From an uncultured delta proteobacterium (GTDB lineage Bacteria > Desulfobacterota > Syntrophobacteria > Syntrophobacterales > Syntrophobacteraceae): 64,000 nt of DNA. How positions within the stretch are numbered: the stretch's first letter is position 1; every line of letters begins with the position of its first letter. The notes under the pieces are model-generated. The model saw only the letters and a program-made list of their open reading frames with translations. It was not told the origin of the DNA and ran no database searches. Position numbers and translations under genes: made by a program. Location: positions 1 through 64,000 of the forward strand of contig CAWEHK010000023.1 of assembly GCA_963808625.1 (NCBI GenBank). The letters are read 5' to 3'. Shown here one piece after another: positions 17,282 to 28,415 of this stretch.

Positions 17282-19122
17282 TATGAATAACCATTCCTTT
17301 GGGGGCGCCGCTTCCTGCTTCCCCGCGAAAGTCCGTCGGCCGGCAAAATACCCGGGTTGAAGACCCTCAATTCTTCGGGGAACTCTTCAAGCATGAGCTG
17401 GTGAAGGCGCCTGCCGATCTCATCCGCGGTCCGCAACCGCAGCACCCTTGCCACAAAACGGTGACATTCTTCGGCGCGCGAGCGACAGATCAGGTTCTTC
17501 ACCCGCGGAATGGCCTGGGGGTTCATGCTCAGGCTGGTTAATTGCAGGCCCAGCAGAATGGGCGTATAGAGTGATTCTCCCGCCATCTCCCCGCAGAGAC
17601 TCACCCGAATGTTGGCCCTCCGTCCGATTGCGACGACGTGCCTGATAAAGCGCAGAACGGCCGGGTGCAGCGGTTCATAGAGATAGGCCACATGTTCATT
17701 GGCACGGTCAATGCCGATGCTGTACTGGATCAGGTCGTTGGTGCCGATGCTGAAAAAGTCGACCTCTTTTGCGAGCATATCAGCCACCGCGACGGCCGAT
17801 GGTACCTCAATCATGACGCCAACGGGCATCTTCTCGTCAAAGGGAATCCGGCTGCGCGTCAGGTCTTCCTTGACTTCACGCAGGACTTTCTTGGCGTTGA
17901 GCAGTTCTCCAACACCCGAAACCAAGGGAAACATGAGCCGGATGTTTTGGGCATGATCGCTGGCCCTGAGAATCGCCCGCAACTGGGTCCGAAAGAGGTC
18001 CGGGTAATGGAGGCACAGGCGGATCGAACGCAGGCCCAGGGCCGGGTTGGTCTCCTCGATCTTCGGGTACCAGGGTGCGAGCTTCTCGGCACCGAGGTCA
18101 AGAGTCCGCATGGTGACCCATTTGGGGGCCATGAGCTCGGCAAGCTCCCGATAATCGTTGTAAAGGGTTTCTTCGTCGGGAAAATCGACCCGATTCATGA
18201 AGAAGAACTCGGTGCGATACAGCCCGATTCCCTCCGCCCCGTTGTCTCTTGCCGCCACAACTTCTTCCTGCAGCTCGATGTTGGCTTCCACATCGATCAG
18301 GACCCCGTCTTGAGTACGGGCCTTGAAATGGGCCATCCGGCTGATCGCCCTGAGGTAGTTTTCGAATTCTTCCTTGCGCTCATGATAAGTGTTGATTTGC
18401 TCATCGGTCGGGTTCGTTATCACTTTTCCGGAGGCGCCGTCGACGATGATGATGCTGCCGCTGGCGATAGATTTGGTGGCCACTTCGGTCCCCACTACCG
18501 CAGGAATGTTCAACGAGCGCGCAATGATGGAGGTATGGGAAGTGCGCCCTCCCATGTCGGTGATCAGCCCGAGGGTGCGTTCGAGTCGCAGTTGCGCAGT
18601 GTCCGCAGGGGAGAGGTCGTGCGCGACGAGGATGACCCGCTCCTTAATTTCGTCCAGAAGATTGTGGTCCTGGCCCGCGAGGTTGCGCAGCACCCGCTCG
18701 CCCACCGCTTCCAGATCGGCTATGCGTGCCTGGAGGTATTCATCGTCAAGAGCATCAAAACGCTCGATGGCCTTTCTAATGGACCGAACCAATGCCAGTT
18801 GGGCGTTGAGTTTGTCTTCCCGAATCAACCGCAGGGTTTCATCGAGAACCGGACGATCGCGCAAGATCAGCTGATATACTTCCAGGACCTGGGCCTGCTC
18901 GGGGAAAGCCGGGTGGACCCGGCGCCTGATGTCCTCCAGGTCCATTTCGGTCTTGGCGATTGCTGTCTCAAAACGCCGGCACTCTTCTGCAACCGCCTTC
19001 TCATCTTCCAGGGTATGATGCGAGATCGAGATGCGATGACGTTCGAGAAGGTGGGCCCTGCCTATCGCAATTCCCGGTGAAACCCCAATTCCTTGAATAA
19101 TTCTCGATGATTGCTCGATCAT
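17281..19122 (-). CDS. ptsI: PEP-protein phosphotransferase (PTS enzyme I)
   Basis: GGRTSHTSI (phospho-His), [22 protein letters not shown] and [11 protein letters not shown]. Confidence 0.97.
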   Translation of the reverse strand: MIEQSSRIIQGIGVSPGIAIGRAHLLERHRISISHHTLEDEKAVAEECRRFETAIAKTEMDLEDIRRRVHPAFPEQAQVLEVYQLILRDRPVLDETLRLIREDKLNAQLALVRSIRKAIERFDALDDEYLQARIADLEAVGERVLRNLAGQDHNLLDEIKERVILVAHDLSPADTAQLRLERTLGLITDMGGRTSHTSIIARSLNIPAVVGTEVATKSIASGSIIIVDGASGKVITNPTDEQINTYHERKEEFENYLRAISRMAHFKARTQDGVLIDVEANIELQEEVVAARDNGAEGIGLYRTEFFFMNRVDFPDEETLYNDYRELAELMAPKWVTMRTLDLGAEKLAPWYPKIEETNPALGLRSIRLCLHYPDLFRTQLRAILRASDHAQNIRLMFPLVSGVGELLNAKKVLREVKEDLTRSRIPFDEKMPVGVMIEVPSAVAVADMLAKEVDFFSIGTNDLIQYSIGIDRANEHVAYLYEPLHPAVLRFIRHVVAIGRRANIRVSLCGEMAGESLYTPILLGLQLTSLSMNPQAIPRVKNLICRSRAEECHRFVARVLRLRTADEIGRRLHQLMLEEFPEELRVFNPGILPADGLSRGSRKRRPQRNGYS

Positions 19123-19408
19123 AGTCGCCTCAAAGTTGACGCCAAATCAAAAAAGGGTGGTCGTACCCGACGACAAATCACTCTCTGCAGTGCACTCTTC
19201 ATCTCCACACCCGTTACCGTCAACTGCTGCGAGAAACTCGGTCGAAAAGGAGTTGGCGCTCTGAGGAAGAGGGACGGAAACGCAAAGTGAGATATCCGGA
19301 CCGGTTTCTGATGACCAGACGCCGGAGGCGCGAGCGTCAGCAGGAATACCCATCACTTTGCGGCATTATTGGTAAGCACTCATGGTGACAAACTTGGTCG
19401 TGAGGAGT

Positions 19409-19702
19409 TTAGAGTTCGCCAAACTTCGTCTGAAATAGGACGGCCAGGGCACTCACGGCTTCCGGTGCATCCGGGCCATATGCAGAGATCTGGACCTTGC
19501 TGCCGAGGGGACACACGAGAGTCATCACGTCGAGAATGCTTTTTGCGCTGACCTTGTTACCGGCTTTTGCGATCCAGATTTCCGATTGGAACTGGCTGGC
19601 TGCCTTGACAATCTGGGCAGCAACTCGGGCGTGAATCCCCAACTTATTGGCGACCGTGAATTCCTGCTCCGAGACATCGATCTTTTCTAAAACGGCTTCC
19701 AA
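19409..19702 (-). CDS. ptsH: HPr phosphocarrier protein
   Basis: NKLGIHAR (His15 motif) and AKSIL (Ser46 motif); likely TTG start at 19702 with RBS GAGAGGA. Confidence 0.92.
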   Translation of the reverse strand: MEAVLEKIDVSEQEFTVANKLGIHARVAAQIVKAASQFQSEIWIAKAGNKVSAKSILDVMTLVCPLGSKVQISAYGPDAPEAVSALAVLFQTKFGEL

Positions 19703-20039
19703 CGATGCTGTTCCTCTCCGCCTTTTCAAATCCCGCCGTCTCTTAGCACATGGCCTTATTGAAGTCAACCGTCGGTCGGAACAAGGCGCGAGGTCCACAC
19801 CTCCACATCATACTTGCAATTCCAGCTCGAATGGGAGAAGCTCCAGCACGGTTCACCATGGCATTCTCCTCTGGTATTCTTCTCTTCACCGCACCAGGGG
19901 GAATTCCTCCCCCGGTTCACCCAGGCTTTGCAGCTCTCACGGGGCGAATCAGCAAGTTACCTGTGGCGTCTTTTGGCGGCGATTTTCCGGATCGGGTAGT
20001 GCTGCCAAGATGGAACCAAACTCGGTTGAGATCAAAAGA

Positions 20040-20411
20040 ATGAGAGGAAATACTCGTTTCAAGCGGCTGGTCCCACTCGTTTTGTTTATTCTGTTCCTTG
20101 CCTGCGGGTGTGCTCCGGACTGGCAGCAGGTGCAGCACAAAAACGAGGATGCAAAAATCGCTGTCAGATTTGTTTACCTTGATAGTCAAGCTACCACAGT
20201 CTGTGTTTCGGGCAGCTTCAACAACTGGTCGCAAAAATCGGACTGCATGGTGCGCTCGGGTGATGCCTGGGTCTTTGCGATTTCGTTGCCGCCGGGTCGC
20301 TACCAATATGTGTTTGTCATCGACGATCGGATCTGGCGGGATGATCCGGGAGCGGTGCTCAGGGAGGATGATGGCTTTGGCATGAAGAATTCTGTACTTA
20401 TCGTCGAATGA
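20040..20411 (+). CDS. Predicted lipoprotein with CBM48/AMPK-type glycogen-binding domain
   Basis: Signal peptide with lipobox-like FLACGC; VSGSFNNW...LPPGRYQYVFVIDD...DDGFGMKNS. Confidence 0.85.
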   Translation: MRGNTRFKRLVPLVLFILFLACGCAPDWQQVQHKNEDAKIAVRFVYLDSQATTVCVSGSFNNWSQKSDCMVRSGDAWVFAISLPPGRYQYVFVIDDRIWRDDPGAVLREDDGFGMKNSVLIVE

Positions 20412-20486
20412 TAGGTGACCTCTTGCCTTCTTGAGCTGTATACGATCAGGAGGTGGCTTTGGTCGGCCGCAGGAAAACATCCTCAT

Positions 20487-21071
20487 ATGGACCAATTAGA
20501 GGAACAGCGAATAATCTCAGCCGTATTGGACGGCGATACGGATGCTTTCGCCATGCTGGTAACGCGTTATCAAAAGCCAATTTACAACCTGGCTTACCGA
20601 ATGACTCGCTCCCAGGAAGATGCTGCCGACCTTTCCCAGGAGGTGTTTATTAAAGTCTATGAACAGCTATACCGTTTTCGAGAAGGAAAGAAGTTTTTCC
20701 CATGGCTGTATACGATTGCGTTGAACCATACCAGGAACCATCTGCGAAAAAGCAAGAACAGCAGGATCATTGCCTCGCCGGATTGCGAGCTGCACTCCGA
20801 TTCAAACTATGCCGGCCAGGAGGAGGACAAGATCTGTGGGCGGCTGGATCTGCAACGACTTCAAAGTGCGCTCCTCGCGCTCCCCTGGGAACACCGGGAG
20901 GCGTTGATTTTGCGCTACCGCGAGGAGCTTTCTATGGAAGAGATTGCCAGCGCTCTTTCCATCTCACTGAGCGGTGCCAAAATGAGAGTGCACAGGGGTC
21001 TCAAAAAATTGCGTGAAATCTTGGAGTTGGATAACGATGGAAACCGGGACGCCCCTTCCTCCACCCGCTGA
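20487..21071 (+). CDS. ECF sigma-70 factor
   Basis: DAADLSQEVFIK...FFPWLYTIALN (region 2) and REALILRY...EIASAL...AKMRVHRG (region 4). Confidence 0.95.
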   Translation: MDQLEEQRIISAVLDGDTDAFAMLVTRYQKPIYNLAYRMTRSQEDAADLSQEVFIKVYEQLYRFREGKKFFPWLYTIALNHTRNHLRKSKNSRIIASPDCELHSDSNYAGQEEDKICGRLDLQRLQSALLALPWEHREALILRYREELSMEEIASALSISLSGAKMRVHRGLKKLREILELDNDGNRDAPSSTR

Positions 21072-21651
21072 GTTCGAGTCGTGGCCGGAATCTGAAGCAT
21101 TGCCGGCCATTACCGGGCAGCTTCGGCAAATGCCCTATCTCGATCCTCCCGAGGCTCTGGTCTCGGCAGTATTGGAGGCGATCAGACGAAAACCATACCC
21201 ATGGTGGTATCGGGTGGTCCGCTGGGCCAGGTCACCACGATCCCTTACGTTGACTCCGCTGCAAGCTGCCTGTGCGGCCTCAGTTCTTGTGGTGCTTACC
21301 TTGGTCAGCGCGCTTCATCTGCCGCGGAGCGAACATCGGGACGGGTTCCGGGGCGGCCGACAAGGTGGGGTGCCAATCACGCTGACCCTTAACATGCCGG
21401 ACGCCCGCTCCGTCTCGGTGATGGGCAGTTTCAACGCCTGGGATGGGCATGGTTACGAAATGAAAAAGGACGAGACGAAGGGCGCTTGGACACTGATGCT
21501 CCAATTGCCGGTCGGCCGTTACGAATACGCGTTCGTCCTCGACGGCCAAACCATTGTTCCGGACCCCCGGGCAGAATTCTATGAAGATGATGGTTTTGGA
21601 AATCAAAATGGCGTTCTGATTGTAGGAAATCACCATGATAAGGCCATTTAA
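21037..21651 (+). CDS. Putative anti-sigma factor with one TM and a C-terminal CBM48 domain
   Basis: Overlaps the sigma 3' end; TM AASVLVVLTLVSAL; VMGSFNAW...LPVGRYEYAFVLDG...DDGFGNQN. Confidence 0.82.
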   Translation: METGTPLPPPAEFESWPESEALPAITGQLRQMPYLDPPEALVSAVLEAIRRKPYPWWYRVVRWARSPRSLTLTPLQAACAASVLVVLTLVSALHLPRSEHRDGFRGGRQGGVPITLTLNMPDARSVSVMGSFNAWDGHGYEMKKDETKGAWTLMLQLPVGRYEYAFVLDGQTIVPDPRAEFYEDDGFGNQNGVLIVGNHHDKAI

Positions 21652-23784
21652 AAAAATACTTTTTTGTTTACTCCTGTTTCTCGCCTTTATCGCACCTGCG
21701 ATGGCCGTTCCGGCCCAGGAAAACGGTGGCAATCTTGGAGCCGCTTTGAAGGAAGCCAGGGAAGCAGGAGTCCCGGAAACGACGCTTAACCGGGTGCTTG
21801 CGCTCGGCTATGAAAAACAGGTCGAACCTTCGGCCATGGGGAATTTGCTGCTAATTCTGGCTCAGAGCCAACGGGAAAAACTCCCCCTCCAACCTTTTTT
21901 GAGCAAGATCGAAGAAGGAATGTCGAAAAAGGTGGCGACGGCTCGAATCGAACAGGTCCTCAAGAATAAGCTCGAAGACTACCGATTCACGCGGTCCCTG
22001 ATCGATCGGTTCATGAAGGGCCAGGGCAAGGTCGAACCCGTTACTCCCGAATACCACGTCCGACTCACGGAAACCCTTTATTGCGGCGTATCGCGAAGTG
22101 ATTTGGAGGGACTTCTGAGCGAATTTCCCCAATCGTCCCTGCCGATCGTCACGAGAGGCGCGGAAATGCTGGCGTCACTGAAGCAGATCCAATTCGATCC
22201 CAAGCTCTCCGAGCAAATCGTGGACACTGCGGTGAAGGAGGGTTTTTCCACCGCTGAGCAGAGAAACTTTTTGCGCATTATTGCACTGGCCAAACAGAAG
22301 GGGCTTAAGGACGACCAGATTGCCGCAGTCACCTTGAAGATAATTGCGGACCGGGGGTCGCAAAGTGAATTCTCTTCACAGTTAGGGATCAGTGCTCAGG
22401 ACTTGGAGCGCCAGGGTCCTCAGCTACCCGGCGCCAGTCCCGGTTTAGGGGGGGGACAGCCAGGGATAGCATTGGTGCAGCCGGCACGAGCCAACGTGGA
22501 GATCCTGGCCTTGAGGAAGAACAGGCTGCTCCCGATGGTGGCTTGAGCGATAACTATGGCAGAATTGGGGCTGGTTTTGGCCATGGCGAAGGGCAGCCTT
22601 TCTCAGGTCGTGGCTCAGGCGCCGGCCATGGCCAAGGCGAGGCCAGTCGGGTCGGCGGAGGTTCGGATGTTGGCTCAGGCGGGTCAGATAGCGGCGGCGG
22701 CGAGCAGGCTTCCTCGGGTCGTGACTCGGGCACGGGTCATGGCCAAGGCGAGGCAGGTTCGGGCGGTGGCGGTTCGGGTGGCCGCGACCCGAGCGCAGGC
22801 GGGGGCGATGAAACACCTGGTACGGTTTCCAAGCCACTCGCTGGGGAGGATCAGGAGGAGAAAAAGGAGCGCGCAAGATTCACTGCGGCGGGTAGGGTGG
22901 CTCAGATTGACCCTGTAAATGCAACCCTGACGCTGGCTGTCGAAAAAGCCAGTCGCCTCCTGAGGGAGCGGATTGGCGAGTTGGTGCTGTTCGACATCAG
23001 TGAAAATGTCAAAGTCAGGTCAGAAGGTTCCGAGCCGGGAGTGTTTGATCTGGAGTTCGAGGATATTGAGGCCGAAGTTGATGCTGTAAGGGTCCTTGGT
23101 GAGGAGGTTGCCGACGGCATTTTCCAGATAACCCGCATCGTGCTCTATGTGGAGGAAGAGGAACCGCAGCAGGAAGAAAGGACCGAGAAATTTACCGCTA
23201 CGGGCAAAGTGACTCAAATTGACGCGACGGATTTGACCGTGACACTGAACGTTGAAAAAGCCAATCGTGTTCTGAGAGAGCGCATTGGGGAATCGGTTCC
23301 GTTCCTCATCAGTGAAAAGGTCAAAGTCAAAATCGAGGGCTCGGAGCCAGGAGCGTTTAACCTGAGTCTTGATGAGATCAAGGCCGGAATTGACCACATA
23401 AGGGTCCTTGGCAAGGCGCTTGCCGACGGCACTCTTCTCATAACCCGCATCGTGGTTTGCCTGGAGGAAGGGGAACCGCGGCAGAAAAGAAAGAGCGTAC
23501 CATTTACCGCTGCTGGTAGAGTAACTCAAATCGATTCTGCGAATTTGACCATGACGCTGGCTATCGAAAAAGCCAGTCACGTTCTGAGACGACACATCGG
23601 GGAATCGGTACCATTCGTCATCAAGAAAAACGTTAACATCAGAACCGACGGTCCTGAGTCAACAATCTCCGGCCTGGATCTCGATGATTTCGTGGTCGCA
23701 GGCGATTACCTGGAGGTCCTTGGCAGGAAACTTGTCTATGGCACTTTTCAGATAACCGACATTGCAGCCTACCTGGATGAATAG
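21635..23784 (+). CDS. Large exported protein: helical N-domain, Gly/Ser linker and three tandem ~100-aa beta repeats; split at a G8 tract (22448-22455)
   Basis: Signal peptide. The downstream frame is open from the G tract, and G9 would fuse ORFs 21635-22546 and 22543-23784. Repeats FTA.G.V.QID..(N/D)...TL..EKA...LR..IGE occur three times. Confidence 0.7.
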
Positions 23785-23873
23785 CATCTCTCATTTGACA
23801 TGATGCACTCACGGCCCAGCCGAGCCCGTTTTGGGGGTGGTGGAGCAAGATGTTATTTTCCAGGAGGCAGTCC

Positions 23874-23927
23874 AACCATCAACCATCAACACCATCAACC
23901 ATCAACCATCACCATCCACCATCAACT
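23874..23927 (+). repeat. Heptamer tandem repeat AACCATC
   Basis: aaccatcaaccatcaacaccatcaaccatcaaccatcaccatccaccatcaac. Confidence 0.75.
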
Positions 23928-24319
23928 TCTAATTGGAGTTCTCCAATAGGCCTCCCCCCGGAGATTCTCTCCAAAAGGCTTAAACGGAGTGTCCACGAGA
24001 ATTGTCTGCATCTTGTGACCATCTCGCAGTGGTCGGTGTATAGGTTTACAAAGGCCTGTCCAAGTCGCTTCTTGTGTGGGGAGCGTGACGCGGTGGTTCC
24101 GAACTTCATTCTGGGACAAGTGGGATAGGTTATGTGGGCTTTTTCGATTTAAATTTTGGCCGCGTCTGGTACCGCACCGTGCGTGCTCCCCACCGACAAG
24201 CGGCCCTGATGCGCAAAGAGGCAATTCTGTTTGCCGCACGGGCAAGACCCTTATCGGATCGTTGTTTCAGAAAATGCCCTCGACCGAAGGCTGTTCGGTG
24301 ACGAAAGGATTTTTGTACG

Positions 24320-24640
24320 ATGCCAAGCTGTGCAAATCCAGTTGCGTCAAGGATTGCGAGGAGTCCCTCAGAGGTGGAAAGAAGGGTTCTCTGTGTTAGC
24401 TATGAGCACTGTCTCGATGAAACGATAAAGAGAAAATGGCGTGGTTTTTCATGTCAAAAATGCCATGCCTTCAAGCCCATGCAATTAAACCCGAGTGAAT
24501 GGCTTGCAGATTCCGTGGCATGCGTCGCTTTGCTCTATGTTGCCGAGTTCCAGACAAATTTTAAACAGCAGCCTCGAGGGAACATCGTCCTGAGATTGCA
24601 GCGCATCCGATCACGCGCTTGCGCTCTGGATTTGACTTGA
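24320..24640 (+). CDS. Small Cys-rich hypothetical protein
   Basis: RBS-like AAGGA upstream; C..YEHCLD...WRGFSC..C pattern. Confidence 0.55.
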   Translation: MPSCANPVASRIARSPSEVERRVLCVSYEHCLDETIKRKWRGFSCQKCHAFKPMQLNPSEWLADSVACVALLYVAEFQTNFKQQPRGNIVLRLQRIRSRACALDLT

Positions 24641-24853
24641 TGCCGCCCGTTGAGACAAATGGGCTTCGCGTTAATGCAGGCTCCAGGGGTTGATGGAAGA
24701 AGTGCGGCGATGAAGCACTTGCCAAAAGAAAACGAATGACTTTTAATTACGGGTCTGACTTGGGGCCTTGACTCTCGTGCAAGCTTCTCGATAACTTTTG
24801 CGGGGCTCTATGCATGTTGCTGATGTTTCTGTCTATTTGCTGATGGAGGATCC

Positions 24854-25972
24854 ATGAATACTGCTTTCGACCGCAGGCGCGTGCTGGTGACCGGCGCTTG
24901 TGGAACAGTAGGAAGAGAACTCGTACGACAGCTCCTGGAGGGATCGCGGGTAGAAGAGATCATTGCCCTGGACAACAATGAGAGCGAGCTCTTTTTCCTG
25001 GAACAGGAGTTTCGGGCTCGGGACCGGGTTCGTTTTTTTCTGGCCGATATTCGGGACCGGGATAAATTGAGCCGAAAGATGAAGGGCATTCATGTGGTCT
25101 TCCATACCGCAGCATTTAAACACGTTATCTTGTGTGAGCGATCGCCCTTCGAAGCAGTGCAGACCAATATCCTTGGCGTCCAGAACGTGATTCTTGCCGC
25201 TGCTGAAAACGGCGTGGAAAAAGTGATTTTTACGAGCTCGGATAAGGCCGTCAACCCCACCAATGTAATGGGGACCTCCAAACTCATGGGGGAGCGTCTC
25301 ATTACCGCAGCCAACGAGGATTTCCGTGGTAACGGGCCAATCTTTGCCTCAACGCGCTTCGGGAATGTCCTCGGATCGAGAGGATCGGTCATGCCGATCT
25401 TTCGGGAACAGATCCGCCGTGGCGGGCCGATTACCCTCACGCATCCCGAGATGACGCGATTTATCATGACGGTCGAGGAATCGGCCCAGTTGGTGATCGA
25501 CTCGGCTTCACTTGCCCGAGGAGGGGAAGTCTTCATCACCAAGATGCCGGCCATTCGCATCGAAGATCTGGCGGACGTCATGATTGAAACCCTGGCGCCA
25601 CTCTATGGCCATTCGCCTGAGAGTATTCAGGTTGAGATGATCGGTACGAAACCCGGGGAGAAGATGTATGAGGAGTTAATGAGCCACGAAGAGACGCGTC
25701 GGGCATGGGAGCTTGGCCGGTACTTTGTGGTGTTGCCGGCGTTCACTTCGTGCTATCGTGATGCGACTTACACCTACGCGAGCATTTTATCGAAGACGAT
25801 TACCAACCCTTACCATTCGGGGAATGAAACGCCCCTATCCAAATCAGAATTGCTTGTGTTTCTCAAAGAGAACAATCTCATCGACGAAGACCTCGCATAC
25901 AAGGACCACCCTGCCGAACGCTATTGGCCAAATGGTGGTTGCGTAGAGCGCTTCCACGTGGTAAGAATGTAA
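24854..25972 (+). CDS. Nucleotide-sugar 4,6-dehydratase/epimerase (CapD/PseB-like SDR)
   Basis: VTGACGTVG, FHTAAFKHV, SSDKAVNPTNVMGTSK, RFGNVLGSRGSV and PGEK.YEEL. Confidence 0.93.
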   Translation: MNTAFDRRRVLVTGACGTVGRELVRQLLEGSRVEEIIALDNNESELFFLEQEFRARDRVRFFLADIRDRDKLSRKMKGIHVVFHTAAFKHVILCERSPFEAVQTNILGVQNVILAAAENGVEKVIFTSSDKAVNPTNVMGTSKLMGERLITAANEDFRGNGPIFASTRFGNVLGSRGSVMPIFREQIRRGGPITLTHPEMTRFIMTVEESAQLVIDSASLARGGEVFITKMPAIRIEDLADVMIETLAPLYGHSPESIQVEMIGTKPGEKMYEELMSHEETRRAWELGRYFVVLPAFTSCYRDATYTYASILSKTITNPYHSGNETPLSKSELLVFLKENNLIDEDLAYKDHPAERYWPNGGCVERFHVVRM

Positions 25973-26039
25973 ATTTGGTGGTGGCCATTAGCTTTCTTAC
26001 TGTAGCTGAAAATTCGACCGGTGGTTTGGAGGGGCTCGT

Positions 26040-27188
26040 ATGCGCGTACTGATTCTCGGAGGCGATGGCTATCTCGGATGGCCCACGGCCATGCATCTCA
26101 CGGCGAACGGCCACGAAGTGGCGGTTGTTGACAATTACCTGCGTCGTCGCCTGAGCCGGGAGGAGGATGTTGAAACCCTGTTCGAGGCACCGAACCTGCA
26201 CGAACGGGCCGCCCTGTGGAAGGCGAGATCAGGGCACAACGTTGAGGTTTTTATTGGTGACCTGACACACTGGGACTTCGCCGCTGAGGTTTTTGGGAAG
26301 TTTACGCCCGACGCCATTATCCATTATGCCGAACAACCTGCGGCCCCCTATTCCATGCTTCGCCGGCGGGCGGCTTTACTCACCTTACAGAATAACCTCC
26401 TGGTCACGGCCAATACGATTTTTGCCGTCCGTGAATTTGCCCCCGATGCTCATATCATCAAGCTCGGGACAATGGGCGAATATGGCACCCCCAACATCGA
26501 TATCGAAGAAGGATGGATAGACATCGAACACAAGGGGAGAACGGGACGCTTCCTCTATCCTCGCCAGGCGGGCAGCCTCTATCATACGACCAAGATCATG
26601 GACACCGACCTGTTATGGTTCTACGTGCGCGCCTGGAACCTGCGCGTGACGGACCTGATGCAGGGGCCGGTCTACGGTATGGCGACCGACGAGACCGGTA
26701 CGGATGACAGGCTCTTCCCATTTTTCAATTACGATGAGATTTTCGGGACGGTGCTCAATCGTTTTATGGTCCAGGCCGTCGCCGGTTATCCGCTCACGGT
26801 TTACGGCAAAGGCGGCCAAACTCGCGGTTACCTGGATATCAAAGACACCATGCAATGCGTTCGACTTTCGCTGGAAACCCCCGCGCGAAAAGGGGAGCTG
26901 CGCATCCTGAACCAGTTTGTCGAGCTTTTTTCCGTGAATAGGCTCGCGGAGATGGTGCAGCGCGTCGGCAACAAAATGGGTCTCAAAGTCCAAATCGGAC
27001 CGGTGGAGAACCCCCGCAAAGAGGCCGAAGAGCATTATTACAACCCGGTTCACCAAGGCTTGCTGGAATTGGGACTGCAGCCCCATTACCTGACCGAAGA
27101 GGTGCTGGCGGAAATGCTTGAAACGGTGGGCCGATTCAAGGGAAACATCCAGGCACACAAGATCATCCGGGGCGTGAAATGGGATTGA
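26040..27188 (+). CDS. sqdB: UDP-sulfoquinovose synthase
   Basis: LGGDGYLGWPTA, AEQPAAPYSM, KLGTMGEYGTPNIDIEEG, GSLYHTTK, TDLMQGPVYG and NPRKEAEEHYY. Confidence 0.92.
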   Translation: MRVLILGGDGYLGWPTAMHLTANGHEVAVVDNYLRRRLSREEDVETLFEAPNLHERAALWKARSGHNVEVFIGDLTHWDFAAEVFGKFTPDAIIHYAEQPAAPYSMLRRRAALLTLQNNLLVTANTIFAVREFAPDAHIIKLGTMGEYGTPNIDIEEGWIDIEHKGRTGRFLYPRQAGSLYHTTKIMDTDLLWFYVRAWNLRVTDLMQGPVYGMATDETGTDDRLFPFFNYDEIFGTVLNRFMVQAVAGYPLTVYGKGGQTRGYLDIKDTMQCVRLSLETPARKGELRILNQFVELFSVNRLAEMVQRVGNKMGLKVQIGPVENPRKEAEEHYYNPVHQGLLELGLQPHYLTEEVLAEMLETVGRFKGNIQAHKIIRGVKWD

Positions 27189-27434
27189 GGGGGTCGAATT
27201 CTTGCCTCTAAGAAATTTCTGGTTGGTCGCAATTCCTATTTCCGGTATGCATCTGAGTCTCTGATTATCAGAAGATACGCGGATTTTTCCATCAAGGAGG
27301 AAGCGATGTTCGGGAGGCGATTCAACCTTGATGGGTAGTCTTCGTGTCATGCACAAACTCGCCCTGCCTCAAAACCCTTATCTGCCAACGTCGGTTCAAC
27401 TATTCCCCTTTGATTTTTTTTAGAACTTCGAGAA

Positions 27435-28406
27435 ATGCGATATCTCGTTACGAGCAGTCTAAAATGTAAGCAAAAGCTCATGGATTCAAGGACCTGCCAC
27501 AGTCATGGTGAACTGCGCATGGTCGAGTTTCCTGACCATGACGCGGTCCTGATCGACGGGGTACATGGGCATTGGCTCGCGATTGAGGAATCGCCGGAAA
27601 TCGTCATGGCGGGGCATCACAAGGTTAACGGAGGGTGCTTTGTTAATCAGGATTTTTATGTTACTACATTCGGGCAGGTTCTGCGAGTGAATCTTCGGGA
27701 GGAGATTTGCGCGACGGAGTGGACTGCTCCCTTTCTCAATGATCTCCATTTTGTCGGGTGTTTTGGCGGCAGGATGTATGTGGTCAACACTGGGCTGGAG
27801 CGCATTGAGATTGTGGATGTCGGAGACCACACCCGCCACTCGAGCCTTGACCTGCTTGAGCATGTTAAAGGATCGAAGGAATTTGACTGGTCCGTGGATT
27901 ATCGGCATGTCTGGTCAACGCAACCCCATCTGGTACATGCCAACCACTGCTTCCACTTTGATGGTGAGATCTGGGTCACCAGGTTTTGCCAGCAGGATGC
28001 GCTGGCTCTGGACAGCGGGAGACGAATTGACCTCTCCCGATGGGGTAACCCTCATGATGGCTGTGTTCAAGATGATAAAGTGTTCTTTACCACCACCAGT
28101 GGCCATCTCATAAGTTTTTCGAGCACCGGGGCCACGTTCCGAAGCTGGGATTTGAACCGAATACTCGGTGCGAATCAGCTTGGATGGTGCAGGGGGCTGG
28201 CGATCGAGGGCGACCTTGCCCTAATCGCCTTCACTCAGTTTCGACCCAGTATTACCAAAGAAATGGGAAAGTGGATTCTCCAGGGAAGGGGCCAGGAGCG
28301 TAGACCAACTTTTGTCGTGAAGCTTGATATGGCCCGGGAAAAGATATTGGCAAAATATCATTTTATTGAAAAAGATCTCACTATTTACGGTATTTACAGA
28401 ATTTAA
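27435..28406 (+). CDS. Hypothetical beta-propeller-like protein in polysaccharide cluster
   Basis: NDLHFV...VVNTG, PH.VH.NH, GNPHDG and GWCRGL repeats. Confidence 0.7.
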   Translation: MRYLVTSSLKCKQKLMDSRTCHSHGELRMVEFPDHDAVLIDGVHGHWLAIEESPEIVMAGHHKVNGGCFVNQDFYVTTFGQVLRVNLREEICATEWTAPFLNDLHFVGCFGGRMYVVNTGLERIEIVDVGDHTRHSSLDLLEHVKGSKEFDWSVDYRHVWSTQPHLVHANHCFHFDGEIWVTRFCQQDALALDSGRRIDLSRWGNPHDGCVQDDKVFFTTTSGHLISFSSTGATFRSWDLNRILGANQLGWCRGLAIEGDLALIAFTQFRPSITKEMGKWILQGRGQERRPTFVVKLDMAREKILAKYHFIEKDLTIYGIYRI

Positions 28407-28415
28407 TACATATCA

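Noticed and set aside
19123..19408. Small gene or ncRNA between ptsH and ptsI
   Set aside because: The short ORFs have no recognisable motif, and no convincing structure was found.
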